Assembly: GCF_038025025.1 (NCBI RefSeq)
Contig: NW_027117345.1
Coordinates: 1,488,001 to 1,552,000, forward strand
DNA from: Phyllosticta citribraziliensis
Taxonomy: Eukaryota
Direction of reading: 5' to 3'
Length of the DNA: 64,000 nt
This document shows, one piece after another, positions 25,605-36,790 of the stretch. The notes beneath the pieces were generated by a model, which was not told the origin of the DNA, searched no databases, and saw only the letters and a program-made list of their open reading frames with translations. The position numbers and the translations under genes are program-made. The first letter of the stretch is position 1, and each line of letters starts with the position of its first letter.

Positions 25605-25966
25605 CAGGCTTGGCGGTTGTGATACAAAATAACCGGTTGTAAACCAACCAACCGTAAAGTGTGGTTGTGGTGGTTACTAACCAGGGCCCCTAACCCTTCC
25701 CTTTTCTGGAAGGAAAGAATTTTTTTTTGGCTATATACTATACCTCTATCTTCTCTTTTAGGCTTTTTACACTAAGTCCTAAGTTTTTTATTTTTAAAAA
25801 GTTGTATAGAGAGGTATTTTAACTAATTTTCCTTTATAGTATATAAGGTCCCCTACCTAGAATGGTAACTCTTTACTTCCTTGGTATGGTTGCAACCGTA
25901 GTAGATTTTAGTTAGTATTTCATAACTGGTTATAACCGCGGTTATAACCACGCGGTTAGCAACTGG
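25605..25966. mobile_element. RIP-degenerated small repeat or non-autonomous DNA transposon remnant
   Basis: Abrupt AT-rich core with strong TpA excess and CpA depletion, flanked by AACC/GGTT-rich arrays that include a 24-bp palindrome at 25927-25950. No clear TIR or TSD, so boundaries are approximate. Confidence 0.55.
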
Positions 25967-28900
25967 GTGCATTGCTAGATAGGACAGTTAGACGGGCATT
26001 AAGATTAGGTGCCGATGTACTAGCCTCAGCAGTAACCGCTTAAACCCCCTGGCTCGCGCGCTTATCTCATCCGCCTCGCGGTGGATAAGCAAGCGTGGAC
26101 ATAGGTAGGAAGACCTGAGGGCGCAGAAGCGACTAGATTAGGCCATATAGTAAGTAGAGCAATTAACGGTGATGGAGGGTGATGGATGGAGGGAAGAGGG
26201 TAGTAAGAGAGGGAGAGAGAGGAAACATGGCTAGCCTACTCCTAGTAGTTGATGAGAGTACAGCCTTATTTTTACATATCAGTGCATGGCACATGGCTAA
26301 CGGAGCGGGGAGGGAGGGGGAGGGGGGGGGGGCTTAGTAAGGGGCATCAACCCGCAGAATCCATTAGATTGAATCCACCTACCTATGCCTATCATTATCC
26401 ATCATCATCACCATAGCCTAGTACAGCCAGCCAGCAAAGCGATAATAGATGCTACGGGTAACTGTGCTCTGGTTTTTTTGCCTTACAGCAATGCTATACT
26501 ATATAGTAGGGGGTTTTAGTGGCCCTCATACGTCGTCTTTGCCTGATATCTCTCTATTCCCCCCCTTTCTCCAACACCGGATACCTCTCCAACAAGTTAC
26601 AGTATTAGCATGTGTAGGTAGGGCAGAGGTTTATGTCGTCTTTTTTGTTGTGTTAATACACCTCCTTTCCTTCTAATGTTCTATCGCGTCGCGCCGTGCT
26701 GCAGGTACTGCATGTCTGCCATCATGGTTGTAGCTTTGGGCTGCACCGCTACTGCAACCGAAGAGAGAGGGAAAAAAAAAAAAAAAAAAAGATAAAAAGA
26801 GAAAAGAATGAATAGTATTTGCTGCCTCCAAACATTATTAATCGCCTTTTCCTTTTTTTGAAATTTACTCTCTTTTTCCCTTGTCGTCGACTAATCGCGT
26901 TTGAGCGCAGTGTCTCTTTTCTTTTTATTGACTTGAGCCCTAATCCCACCGCTGTTTAGCTCAGGCTTGGACACTGGCGCCCTGATGCAATTGGATCTGA
27001 CCATTAGGGGCTAGCCTGGCAGCGTGGGTTAGAATCGGATCTGGACTTGCCGCTCCGAGAAGGCGAGCACCTCAGCGGACCTGCGCTGGAGGAAGGCGGC
27101 GGCGGCGGCGGCGGTTCCGTTGGCCTCTCGTCGGTTCCCGCCGCGTCTACGTACATGTACCTGTACCTACCTTGGTTGGCTTCCACTCGCTCCGTTCCGC
27201 CTTCACTCGGTCATGAATAGTCCAGGCTACGTCGATGTTGAGTTGGGTCCCCACGGTCGGGCCATGGCAGGTCGCCACGGTAGGGCAGGGTAGGTCAGGG
27301 CACAAAAGTCTATACAGTGGGCTGCTGCATGGGGCCGTGTCCGTAGGGCAGGACAGGGCAGGGGAACAGGACCGGAACAGGAAGCACGCAGATTACTGTG
27401 GGGTCCCAGGCTGGCCATGACAAAAACCATGGGCGGCGTGTCCGAGACGCAGCACTGACGGAAGTTCTGGTGTCGCTGCGGTGGTGCCGGATAAGGGGGT
27501 CCCGCCGAGACTGGCTCTGGGCTGTTTGGGAAGGCGATGCACAGCCACAAGGCCGCCTTGTAACGCTCGCTTGCACGGCCGAGAGAGCAGCCCTATCGAC
27601 ACGTACGGTACCTCTCCCGCTTGGTCGGCCCGTTGGTCACGACAAGACTTGACCCAACAAGTCCGAAGAGATCTTCGACTTCGACCCTCGGCCTCAGCCT
27701 CAGCCCTGCCATGGCGCCTCGTCTCGAGCGACAAGGAACCGAGCCCCGTCTTTGATTTCCGAGCCTCCGTCTTGGAGTTTTTGCCGTTCCGCTGCCCGCC
27801 AGCTCTGCCTCCCTCCCCGTCCCGACCGAGTCAGCCTGCCGGACGGACCGGAACTCGCGCCGTCCCCGCCCGTCAAGGACTAACCGAACTTCAGCCTGAT
27901 TCCCGTCGACTCTCTCTCTCTCTCTATCCCACCTCACCCGACATGCACCGCACCACGCCTGCCGAGTCCCCCCCCCCTCACCCACCTCACGCCGCCCGCT
28001 TCAACTTGCCCGCTTCAGCCATTCCATCTGCTTCTCCTTCTCCTTCGATCCTCCACCTCCATGTGCTGTACAGTACGTCCGTAGCCGCCGCGCCTCTTCA
28101 ACGCCACGGCTCCGGCTTCCCTTGTCCACCCCTGCACCATCGCCCAGCCTCCACCAACCTTCCTTCTTCATGGCTATATGCCCGTCATTTAAACATCGTA
28201 CGACACAACCATACCGAACAACCATGTTGAGCCTGTCACGACTCGCTCGCAACCAGGCCCTCTTCTCTCTCCCCCAGCCCCGCGCTCCCTGACTCTCTCC
28301 CTCACCACACCACTCACCATTTACACCCCCCTCTGACTTGGATCTCCCTGATCCGCGCTCGTCCCTTCGATTCGCTGTATTTCCCCAATTCTCAACCCAT
28401 CATTTGACAGTCGCCTCGAGTCAAGAGAACACCTTTTTGTGGCGCAGCCTGCCGTAGGGCAGAACGGACGGCCAGACACCACATGGCCCAGAGCAGAGCC
28501 GCGCCGAACCGCACCGCGACGCCGGATGCCCAACGAGACGCTGGCGTGTGCTGCCATTTTCCACTCTCGTCGTTTTCGTCGTCATTGGTTAGGGTCAACG
28601 ATAAGCCAGCCAGCCACCACTATCCGCGACTTCCCAATCATTGACCGCCCCTCCCCCAACGAAAATATTGATTCGCCGCCGTCTTCTAAATTGGCCGTCG
28701 TCTCAGCAATCACATTCGACGACGAGCCTTTGCTCTGCCCTGTTTCTTCCCCTGTCGAACGGCTTTTTTTGGGACCAAGGTGTCGACAATGGTGTCATCA
28801 CGCGCTCTGGCTGCTTGCTTCCTCACTTGCTGTGCTCGCTCCCTACTCAATATACTTAGCCTCATGGTCCTTCTTCTTGATTTGGTTGTAACCAGCCAGC

Positions 28901-29662
28901 CAGCGAGCCAGCGAGCCAGCCATTGCCGCCGTGTTCCCCAGTCAGTCCATCAGATGGAAACGGCACCACCCCCTCGCCCGCCCCATGCGCTGCTGCAGCA
29001 GCCAGCCAGCCAGCCAGCCACCACTACCACCTTTATTGCTACCACCACGTGTCGGTATTGCTACCGGGTCTGCGTCTCTGGCGGGTAGGTACATGTGTGA
29101 AGAGATGCCACCATGTACGGACGTATGCGTGTGTTGTGCTCCCATTTTTGGTCACTCGTCTCCTTGTCCGTCACGTCATTGTCTTTCGTTCCGTCAGGGC
29201 AGTCGGGTCGGCGTGGCACCCGCTTCCCCTACCACCACCTCCTCCACACCACCACCACCACAAACGTCAGACATCAAAACCACGTGCTTGATCCCTTTTC
29301 TTTTTCTGGTATCGTCTCTCTCTCTCTCTCCCTGCTCTCGACTGCGGCCCTGGACCTTGGCGTCGCGAGCGAGATGGACTGATGCTTAGCTGGCCAGGCC
29401 AGGCGGCGATAGGGACAGTGTGGCACGCACACTGGCGGTGCTCCTTTTTGCTCGATGAATCAAATTTGGTCTGTCTACATAAACCGACGATGCTTCGCTC
29501 GCTACGCCATGGCCACACGCCTGGCTATGCACCTGCTTCCTCAATCTACATCCGACACAATCTCGAACTCTCCAACCCCTTCCTCAATGGGCCAACATCT
29601 TGAAACTACACATGAACCTTGCCCGTGTGTAATGTAGGTTTGATGGATGCACTCACAAGCGT

Positions 29663-32125
29663 CTACGCTACAGCCACCACGGGGACTGCTTCGTCGTCGT
29701 CGACAACGTCATCGTCAAATCCCTTTGTCCTCTCTTGCCCCTCCCATCCGCTCATGACGTCCTCATCCTTCCCTCCATCTGCGTCCAGCGAACACAGGGG
29801 CAAGGAGACCGCGCCGAACAGCGCATCCTCGTCTGCTGTAGCCGGCGCCGGACACTGCGGTTCGGATGCGTCAGTGTCGTCCACTGCGGCGACGGCGACG
29901 ACGACGACATCGCGTTCGCGGTCGTGGATGTCTGGCACTTCGTCGTTCTTGTCCTCGTCAAGGCTGGCTTCGAGTTCAACGCGTCCCTCAGACCCGCCGT
30001 CTGCTGCGTCGTGAGCGATGTTGGTCGCAGACTCGTCGTTGGCCATGGCGGGTTCGAGAGTTCCGACGGCGGCGGTGGCGGGCGGAGTGCTCGATACGAA
30101 GGCTTGGGATGCGGTGTTTGATTCCACAACCGACGCGGTGGAGGGGGAGGCAGTGGGAGATGACAGGAAGAGCGTCACTGTCGACGTAATCATCGCAGTG
30201 CTCGCGTGTACCGCGTCAAAGGGGAGGAGGAGCGAGCTGTTCGCAGCGTTGCCATCGACAGAGGAGATTGGCGTAATGTCGTAAGACGCATCCGCGTTGG
30301 CGTGAGAGGAAGAGATGGCAGGCGAGCCACCAAAGCAAAGCCAGAATGCGGCGACGATGACGCCCAGGAGAAGAGCAGCAACGTTGCGCCTGTCCGTCGC
30401 AAAAACGACGGCGCAGTTGCAGAGCAGTGTGCTCAGCGGCATCTGCTGCTTCTCGGCGAGAAGGGCCTTGCTGCGCTCCATCTCTTCCCTCTTCTTCGCC
30501 AACTGCAGCTCTTTAGCCTCGCGCGCGCGCAGTCTCTCCGTGTCTCTCGCGCTCTCTTCAATGACTCTCCTCTCAGCCGCCGCCGCCACCGCCGCAGCAG
30601 CCATGTAGCGCAGCTTGTCAGCCTCCTGCCTCTCGGCCAACTCCAGCGCCGCCGCTCTCTCCCTCTCCACCTCCCTCACCCGCTGCTTCTCTCTCCCCAG
30701 CTCTTCATTCTTGGCCCTATCCGCCGCCTCACGCTGCGCTTCCTCGACGCGTGCCATCTCGAGCTGCTCCGTCTGCCGCGCTTCGCGCTCCACCTGGGCC
30801 GCGAGCGCCAGCCGTTGCGCCGACGTGAGCAGCGGCGTGACGGCCACGTCGACGCGCTCCATTTCGCTCCACGCGGCGCTCCACGCCGAGCTGCGCATCA
30901 GCCCGTTGGCCGCGAAGATGCGAATATCCCAGCCGTTGGGTGCGCCGCGGTCGAGCGACGGCGGTACGTGCAGAGGCTCGCGACAGACTGAGCAGACAGG
31001 GGCGTCAGCCGCGTCGTCTGCATCGTCGCCATTGTCGGAGCCAGACGAGTCGAGGGCGTTGGACCCAGGAGACGAGTCCGCCGCGCGCTCCTGCAGACCC
31101 TCTGGTCTCTCTTCGTCCGTCCCGATCGCACTGTCTGCCCTCTTCTTGCCCGCGTCAGCCTCTTCGCTCCCGTAGAAATGGCCGCACCGCCACACGCGCG
31201 GCGTCTTGAGCTCCAGCGCCTCGAGCAGCCGTTCTTCGAGGAGGTCGTACTCGTCGCGGGGATGCGGCAGTAGGAGCCCGCGCGACATGAGGACTGGATC
31301 GGACAGCTTTTGCTCGAGGAGCCGCCAGTTTTGTCGGACGTGCCAGGGGATGTTGGCGGCGGCCATGGTGCTGAGGGGAGCTGGGGGCGTGACGGGGAGG
31401 ACGGTTGCGTGCAGGAGAATCAGGGGTCGAGTATCGCGGGCGTCAGACGAGTGATGGGTAGAGGAAGGCTTTTTGTGCGTTCGGTGTTTGTGTTGGTGGT
31501 GTTGCCGTCGAGACGTCGGCGTAGTCGAATGCGTGTCGTCTGCATGTGCCATTATATTGCTCTCGCTACCGCTTTGGTGGTGGTTCTGCTGCTCGTAGTC
31601 GCTCTCTGGACGTGTGGCTGGCGATTCAAGATTTGATTTTGATAGTCTCTGCGGATGAGGATGCAGCAGCCCGGGGTACTTCTTCCCGCCCGCCACCGTG
31701 GTTTTGAAGCCATGTGCGTCGTTCAAAGGCGTCAGACTAGACCTGGGGCTGGCAGTGGCAGTGGCGTGGAATGCGGCCGAACCATTTACACCACCATATT
31801 TCGATAACAACGACGACGAAAAATCCGAGGCGGGTGTAGAAGTCCGAGAATCGTCTGCTGCCACCATCAAGTTGTGGCGGCGTGACGGACTGCTGGCTCT
31901 GCTGCTTGTGGTTGTGCTACTGTTGCCATGGCGAGATAGCAAGAGGGAAGCGGACGAGGGTCTGAAAGCGATGTCATCGTAACCGTTTCGCTCGATGCTG
32001 GGGAGAGGGACGTCGGCGTCGGCGTCGGCGTCCATGAAGAATGCGTCGTGTGGCGGCGGATGGGCGAATTCCGCGCATTTGAAGGAAGTGGAGAGAGCCT
32101 CTGAGACCAATGGTACTGGTGGCAT
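29663..32125 (-). CDS. Conserved fungal hypothetical protein with coiled coil and one TM segment (family often labelled 'pathway-specific nitrogen regulator')
   Basis: Single 820-aa ORF with conserved-looking blocks PLILLHATVLP, RGLLLPHPRDEYDLLEERLLEALEL...CGHF and IFAANGLMRSSAWSAAWSEMERVDV, an E/R-rich coiled coil and a hydrophobic segment. The function label is recalled, not verified. Confidence 0.8.
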   Translation of the reverse strand: MPPVPLVSEALSTSFKCAEFAHPPPHDAFFMDADADADVPLPSIERNGYDDIAFRPSSASLLLSRHGNSSTTTSSRASSPSRRHNLMVAADDSRTSTPASDFSSSLLSKYGGVNGSAAFHATATASPRSSLTPLNDAHGFKTTVAGGKKYPGLLHPHPQRLSKSNLESPATRPESDYEQQNHHQSGSESNIMAHADDTHSTTPTSRRQHHQHKHRTHKKPSSTHHSSDARDTRPLILLHATVLPVTPPAPLSTMAAANIPWHVRQNWRLLEQKLSDPVLMSRGLLLPHPRDEYDLLEERLLEALELKTPRVWRCGHFYGSEEADAGKKRADSAIGTDEERPEGLQERAADSSPGSNALDSSGSDNGDDADDAADAPVCSVCREPLHVPPSLDRGAPNGWDIRIFAANGLMRSSAWSAAWSEMERVDVAVTPLLTSAQRLALAAQVEREARQTEQLEMARVEEAQREAADRAKNEELGREKQRVREVERERAAALELAERQEADKLRYMAAAAVAAAAERRVIEESARDTERLRAREAKELQLAKKREEMERSKALLAEKQQMPLSTLLCNCAVVFATDRRNVAALLLGVIVAAFWLCFGGSPAISSSHANADASYDITPISSVDGNAANSSLLLPFDAVHASTAMITSTVTLFLSSPTASPSTASVVESNTASQAFVSSTPPATAAVGTLEPAMANDESATNIAHDAADGGSEGRVELEASLDEDKNDEVPDIHDRERDVVVVAVAAVDDTDASEPQCPAPATADEDALFGAVSLPLCSLDADGGKDEDVMSGWEGQERTKGFDDDVVDDDEAVPVVAVA

Positions 32126-32944
32126 TTTTCTTTCGTCTTGAAGTGATGGGTTTGAATTGAAATCCTGCAGGTGGTTGGTGGGTGGCTATACTGTCCTGCC
32201 ACACATGAGCTGCAGGTCGTTGTAAAATAGTGGTGTAGTCGAGGAGAGGGAAGAACAAAAATCGCTTGAAGCCCAAAAGTGAAGACACAAATGTCAACAC
32301 TTGCTGCAATCTTCTATAAAACAATGCAAGCAGAGGTGGATGAGGATGGCGGGCAAGCATCATTCGCTAGCCGCTCCGCTGCAGGCAAGCTTCCTACCTG
32401 GCCGGGTTGACCCAATCGCGCTTCGCCAGCTCAACGGCGCTCACTGTAGGCCCAGCAACAACAAACACAATCCCTGAACTCGCCTCTCTGCTCCACCTCT
32501 CACAGCCCTTTGGCCATCCATCCAGAAACCTACCCGTAGCGACCATGCCTGCCACTTCACTTCTGCGCAAATCACACGCATTCTTCTGTCGCGTATTCGC
32601 CAGCGCAGACGTAATTTCCGGCGCCACCTCCCCACGGAGCATTCATGGCGAGTTGAGCCATCAGCGACCCAGCCACCTTGTTAGTATCTTGCATTTTGGA
32701 CATGTTGGCAAGTGGTCCAGAGGTTGTCGATCGGGAGTTTGTGCTTTGTGAGAGCATTGTCGCCTCATGGTGATCTTTAACATCTGCAAGTCAACAAGGG
32801 ACATGACTGATAATGGAAGTTTGGAGCCTTTTGTAGGCTTCCCATGACTTTATTCATTCATGGTCGATGGTTACCATGCAGTATCTCGGTGTATTTGCCT
32901 CGGTATTTGCGGGTTTCCGGAAGCAAGAGTAGAGCATCTTGGGA

Positions 32945-34059
32945 TCAGATGTCATCTGCGACACCCTTCTTCCTGCGCTCCTCATACCTCGTCCGAGTCT
33001 TCGTCTTGGCTTCTTCGACCCACTGGTCATAAGTGCCCTCCTTGATCTTCTGCTTCACCACTCCCTTCATGAGCTCGCCAACAAAGCCAATGAAGTTGTG
33101 GCGACGCAGCGCGTTCTCCCACTGCCATGATGTGCGCTTCTGCTCTTCCCTTTGCAGCCATTCCACATCGCCAATTTCTCGTGCTTTGATGCGCAGATCC
33201 CGAACCATGGCCAGCAGGTTGAATCGAATCTCCGTCACCGGGTATCTCTCGATGCGACGCTGCAGTACCGGTATGACCTTGTCGGGGAACTCTTCGAACG
33301 AACAATCGCCATGTGAGATGGGTGCGGGCTGCAGGCCGTCTAGCTCGTACAGCTTGCCGTTGATTGGTGTGTATGCGATAAAGTGGTAGACATCGTCGTC
33401 TTCGGTGGCGGTGCGTTGGGTCTCGTCGACGAAGGGGGACGAACGGGCAAAGGAGTTGTGGGTTTCGCGAATGAGATCTGAGTTTGACAGCGCTTCGCCG
33501 CGAAGCTTTGATGCCGTTAGCCAAGACCGAGCAGCGGATGACAGGCGAACTTACGTCTGCAGGAAAGGCAGTGGTGAAGTCCTTGAAATCGCGAAGCGGC
33601 GCCCCAATGTCAATGTCGCCATCCTTGTTCAACAGGACCGAGAGAAGAGCCTGAGTGCCACAAGCGTTCTGGATCGTTTGCGCGGCGAAGAAAATGTTCT
33701 CGGCAGCATCGTGGTCGAAAGTTCCGTCCTTGGGCTTGTCGGAGGGCTTCTCGTCGGTTGGATACTTGAAGAGGAAGATGACGCCATAGACAGGACTGCA
33801 TGTTCCTCGAATTAGCCATGAAGCAGCTACTTTAGAAGCTCTCGGAGCAATTACCTCTGTTGCCTGAGCGACTCCGAATCAAGGGATATCAACTCTTCAA
33901 ACTGGACATCCTTGGCGCCTAGGTTCTGGAGGAGGTATGTGAAGACACCCTGGGAGACGAGTCAGTCGCGGCGACGGGCGACCGCGCGCGCAGGATACAT
34001 GTAAAGGGAGGTGGCGCACAAACCGCATCAGACTCAATTGTATTCCAGCCTCCGGACAT
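32945..34059 (-). CDS. UCH37: 26S proteasome-associated ubiquitin C-terminal hydrolase (UCH37/UCHL5), multi-exon
   Basis: MSGGWNTIESDAGVFT start; FFAAQTIQNACGTQA catalytic Cys region; YHFIAYTPINGKLYELDGL; C-terminal WENALRRHNFIGF. Confidence 0.94.
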
Positions 34060-35019
34060 GGTGGGCGTGTGCAAAAGACGGCCGGGGAGGGGGAGGAAAG
34101 TTGAGAGAAGGTTCAATGCTAAGTTAATTGGAGCTTGGGCGCCGTTTGCCCGCCATTGCCTCGTCATGGGTCCGGGTTACTCAGCCGGAGTTTTTCCGAA
34201 GACACGCGTTGCCGGGCGGGAGAGCCGGCCCGCGCCGACCACTTCACCGCGCTCACTCCCGCTTCCGTTGCCAAGCACTCCACCACTGCCTTCTTTCATC
34301 AATTCCACTCCTCAGTCTCATCCAGAGAGGCTCCATCGAGACCTATTCCGTGCTGACATCAACATGTGTGGCTAGTGATATGCGGGAAGCCTTCGTCAGA
34401 CCGCAAGGACCTCGGTGGACCTCCGAAACCTTGTTGAATGATTTCCATGGCGTCCAAGGGGGTTTGCCCAGGGGAGAGCTCCGTCGTTCGGCCAAGGCAT
34501 GTTCTGGTCGACGAAGAAAATGATTTTACTAGTTTTGAACCCCTGCTCACCATCTCCTTCACAAATCCGACATCCTGTCAACTCATGCCCCCGCTGTGAT
34601 GCTGTTCTCCAGAGATGCTAGTCCAACCTGTAATATCGTCATCATCATCATCATCCATGTCGCAGTGCTACAGGACGACACAATTTGCGCGAGAGCAGAG
34701 CGAATGCAAAGAGAGAAAGAGAACGCCATCAGCTGACTTGCTCTATCCACTTTGGTAACCGTTCAAGTGCTAGAGTCTGATCCTGCGAAAGGGATGTCAA
34801 GCTAGAAGCTAGACTCCCTTGGATCGCACAGCCTGCCAACAGCTCGGCCTTAGCTCAGTCAAGAGTTTCAACAAACATCACTTTTGATGAATCCCGTGCG
34901 CGTTGAATGTCGACAGACCTTTTGTTTCACCTGGTAAAACACTTTCGTTCTTCTCAGGTCTTCCAACCCACACACCAGCCCCGTTTTCCTCCTCTGGCCT
35001 TCGGCCGCAATAGCCCAAC

Positions 35020-36541
35020 ATGGTTTGCGGAAGAGCCACCGAGCTCGTCGCCGTCACTTGGGCAATGACCTGTGCGGCATTTGTCACTGTCGCACTTCGC
35101 ATCTATATGCGGTTCACTGTCATCCACATCTTTGGATATGATGACATGGTGATCCTACTAGCCCTTGTAATTTCTTGGAATTCATGCGACCAAGACTTTT
35201 CGGCTGATACTAGCAGGTATTTACCATCGTAATGACTTATGCCATGAATGCTCGTACGTCTCTGCAGAATCAAAAGAAATTTATGGCTTTGCTGATGTCT
35301 TGAGCAGAGGCGCATTACGGTTTGGGAGAGCACATTGAACATTTACAGCCTCAGAACGTAGAAAATATATACTACGTAAGTGGACAGGTCCCCAGGATGA
35401 GTAAACTTGACGCTAAGCGTTTGTAGTGGTTCTACATCAGCGTCATATTTTACAACGGCGCCCTTGGCCTGGTCAAGCTCTCAATGTTGCTTCAATACTT
35501 GACCATCTTTTCCCTGCTATCCTTGACGCGCATCGCCACCATCTTTGGAATCGTTTTCAACGCTGCCTTCATGATCGAGACGGCTATAGTCAGCATTTTT
35601 GCCTGCTGGCCAATCGACTACTTTTGGCACAAAAATCACGATGGGGCTTGTGTCAACTTCAAAGCAATGTGGCTTTCTCACGCAGTGGTCAACATAGCCA
35701 CAGACCTTTACATCATCCTGGTCCCATTGCCTGCCATTAGCAAGATCAGGCTTCCTATAAGGCAAAAGATCACCCTGATCTTTGTTTTCTCACTTGGTTC
35801 TTCGTAAGTTTCTCACCCTTGGCTATTTGATTCATTGTGAAATCGGGATGCCTTGCTGACATGCCTAACAGTGTCTGTGTGGCATCAATCCTCCGCCTCT
35901 CATCCATAGAGCTAGTCTCGACTTCCAGGGACGTCACCTACGACAACATCGACGCCGCCATCTGGTCCTGCGTCGAGCTCTGCCTGGCCATAATATGCGC
36001 TTCTCTACCAGTATTCAAAACGTTTCTGGGCCGATGGTTCCCGCGCCTGTATGACCACTTCATAATTCCTCTTTCCAGCGGCAATCAACGCAGCGCAAAT
36101 CAGAATACAAACCGACAAAGCACCATCGCCCCTCTTCCGCAGCCAATGGCAGCGGCACGTCCCAGCAACTTTAGGGAGTACAACTATGAATCGTTCCGCA
36201 GTCTGCCCGAATCAGTGCGCGAGTCTCAAGAAAACCCAAGCTCCCAGAGCATTCGCCTGGAAGAGCCTTACCCATCGATGGAAGCAATACCAATCAGAAA
36301 TCCAAGACCGATCAGGCGAAGTGCAATACCGGTCAGGAGTTCAATACCATGCAGAAGTTTAACACCGGTCAAGGGTCCAACGCCAGGCAAGAGTTCAATA
36401 CCAAGAAGAACTGCCGCCGTGCCGTCCTTTGCACACCTGAGCCAGCTGGAGCGCGGCGAATACAATCAGAGCGGCTTCCGAAAAGACTCCAGTGTTCCAA
36501 CTGGGGATCGAAAACCTCAGAAGGATGACGGACGGAAATAA
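35020..36541 (+). CDS. PTH11-like rhodopsin-domain integral membrane protein, about 5 exons
   Basis: ALRIYMRF..GYDD, YGLGEH, LVKLSMLLQY, FACWPIDYFW, NIATDLYIILVPLP, ASILRL and WSCVELCLAIICASLP motifs joined by canonical introns. Confidence 0.88.
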
Positions 36542-36790
36542 CTCCTCTCCCAGGCGCGTTTTCATCGTCCGGTATTTATCTCATTCAACGCGGAAAAGAT
36601 GCATTGTCGGCTGCGAGATCCTGCGGCTTATTTACAAAAACTCCAGTCGCGCCAAATTGCGCGGAACAATAGGGGTATCTGGATCGAGCCATGCGCCGAC
36701 TTTTCCAGGGGTGCGTCCTGGCAGCCCACCCAACTCGACCTTTGCACTTATGATGCACAATTCGACTACCGCGCATCCCATCTAATAACC

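Noticed and set aside
25688..25697. CCCTAACCCT as a telomerase template or interstitial telomere
   Set aside because: Fewer than two repeat units, inside a RIP-degraded element, with no convincing pseudoknot or three-way junction context.
26770..26930. Poly(A) tract with complementary T-rich blocks
   Set aside because: Low-complexity complementarity; no TSD or upstream retroelement sequence to support a retroposed tail.
28587..28599. GGTTAGGGTCAAC telomere-like motif (ACCCTAACC on the minus strand)
   Set aside because: A 9-nt telomeric match is plausible by chance in 64 kb, and I saw no supporting telomerase RNA elements.
30206..31175. Long antisense ORFs over the 820-aa gene (similar ones over KAP104, GUF1 and the last gene)
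   Set aside because: Shadow ORFs caused by high GC and codon bias of the real genes.
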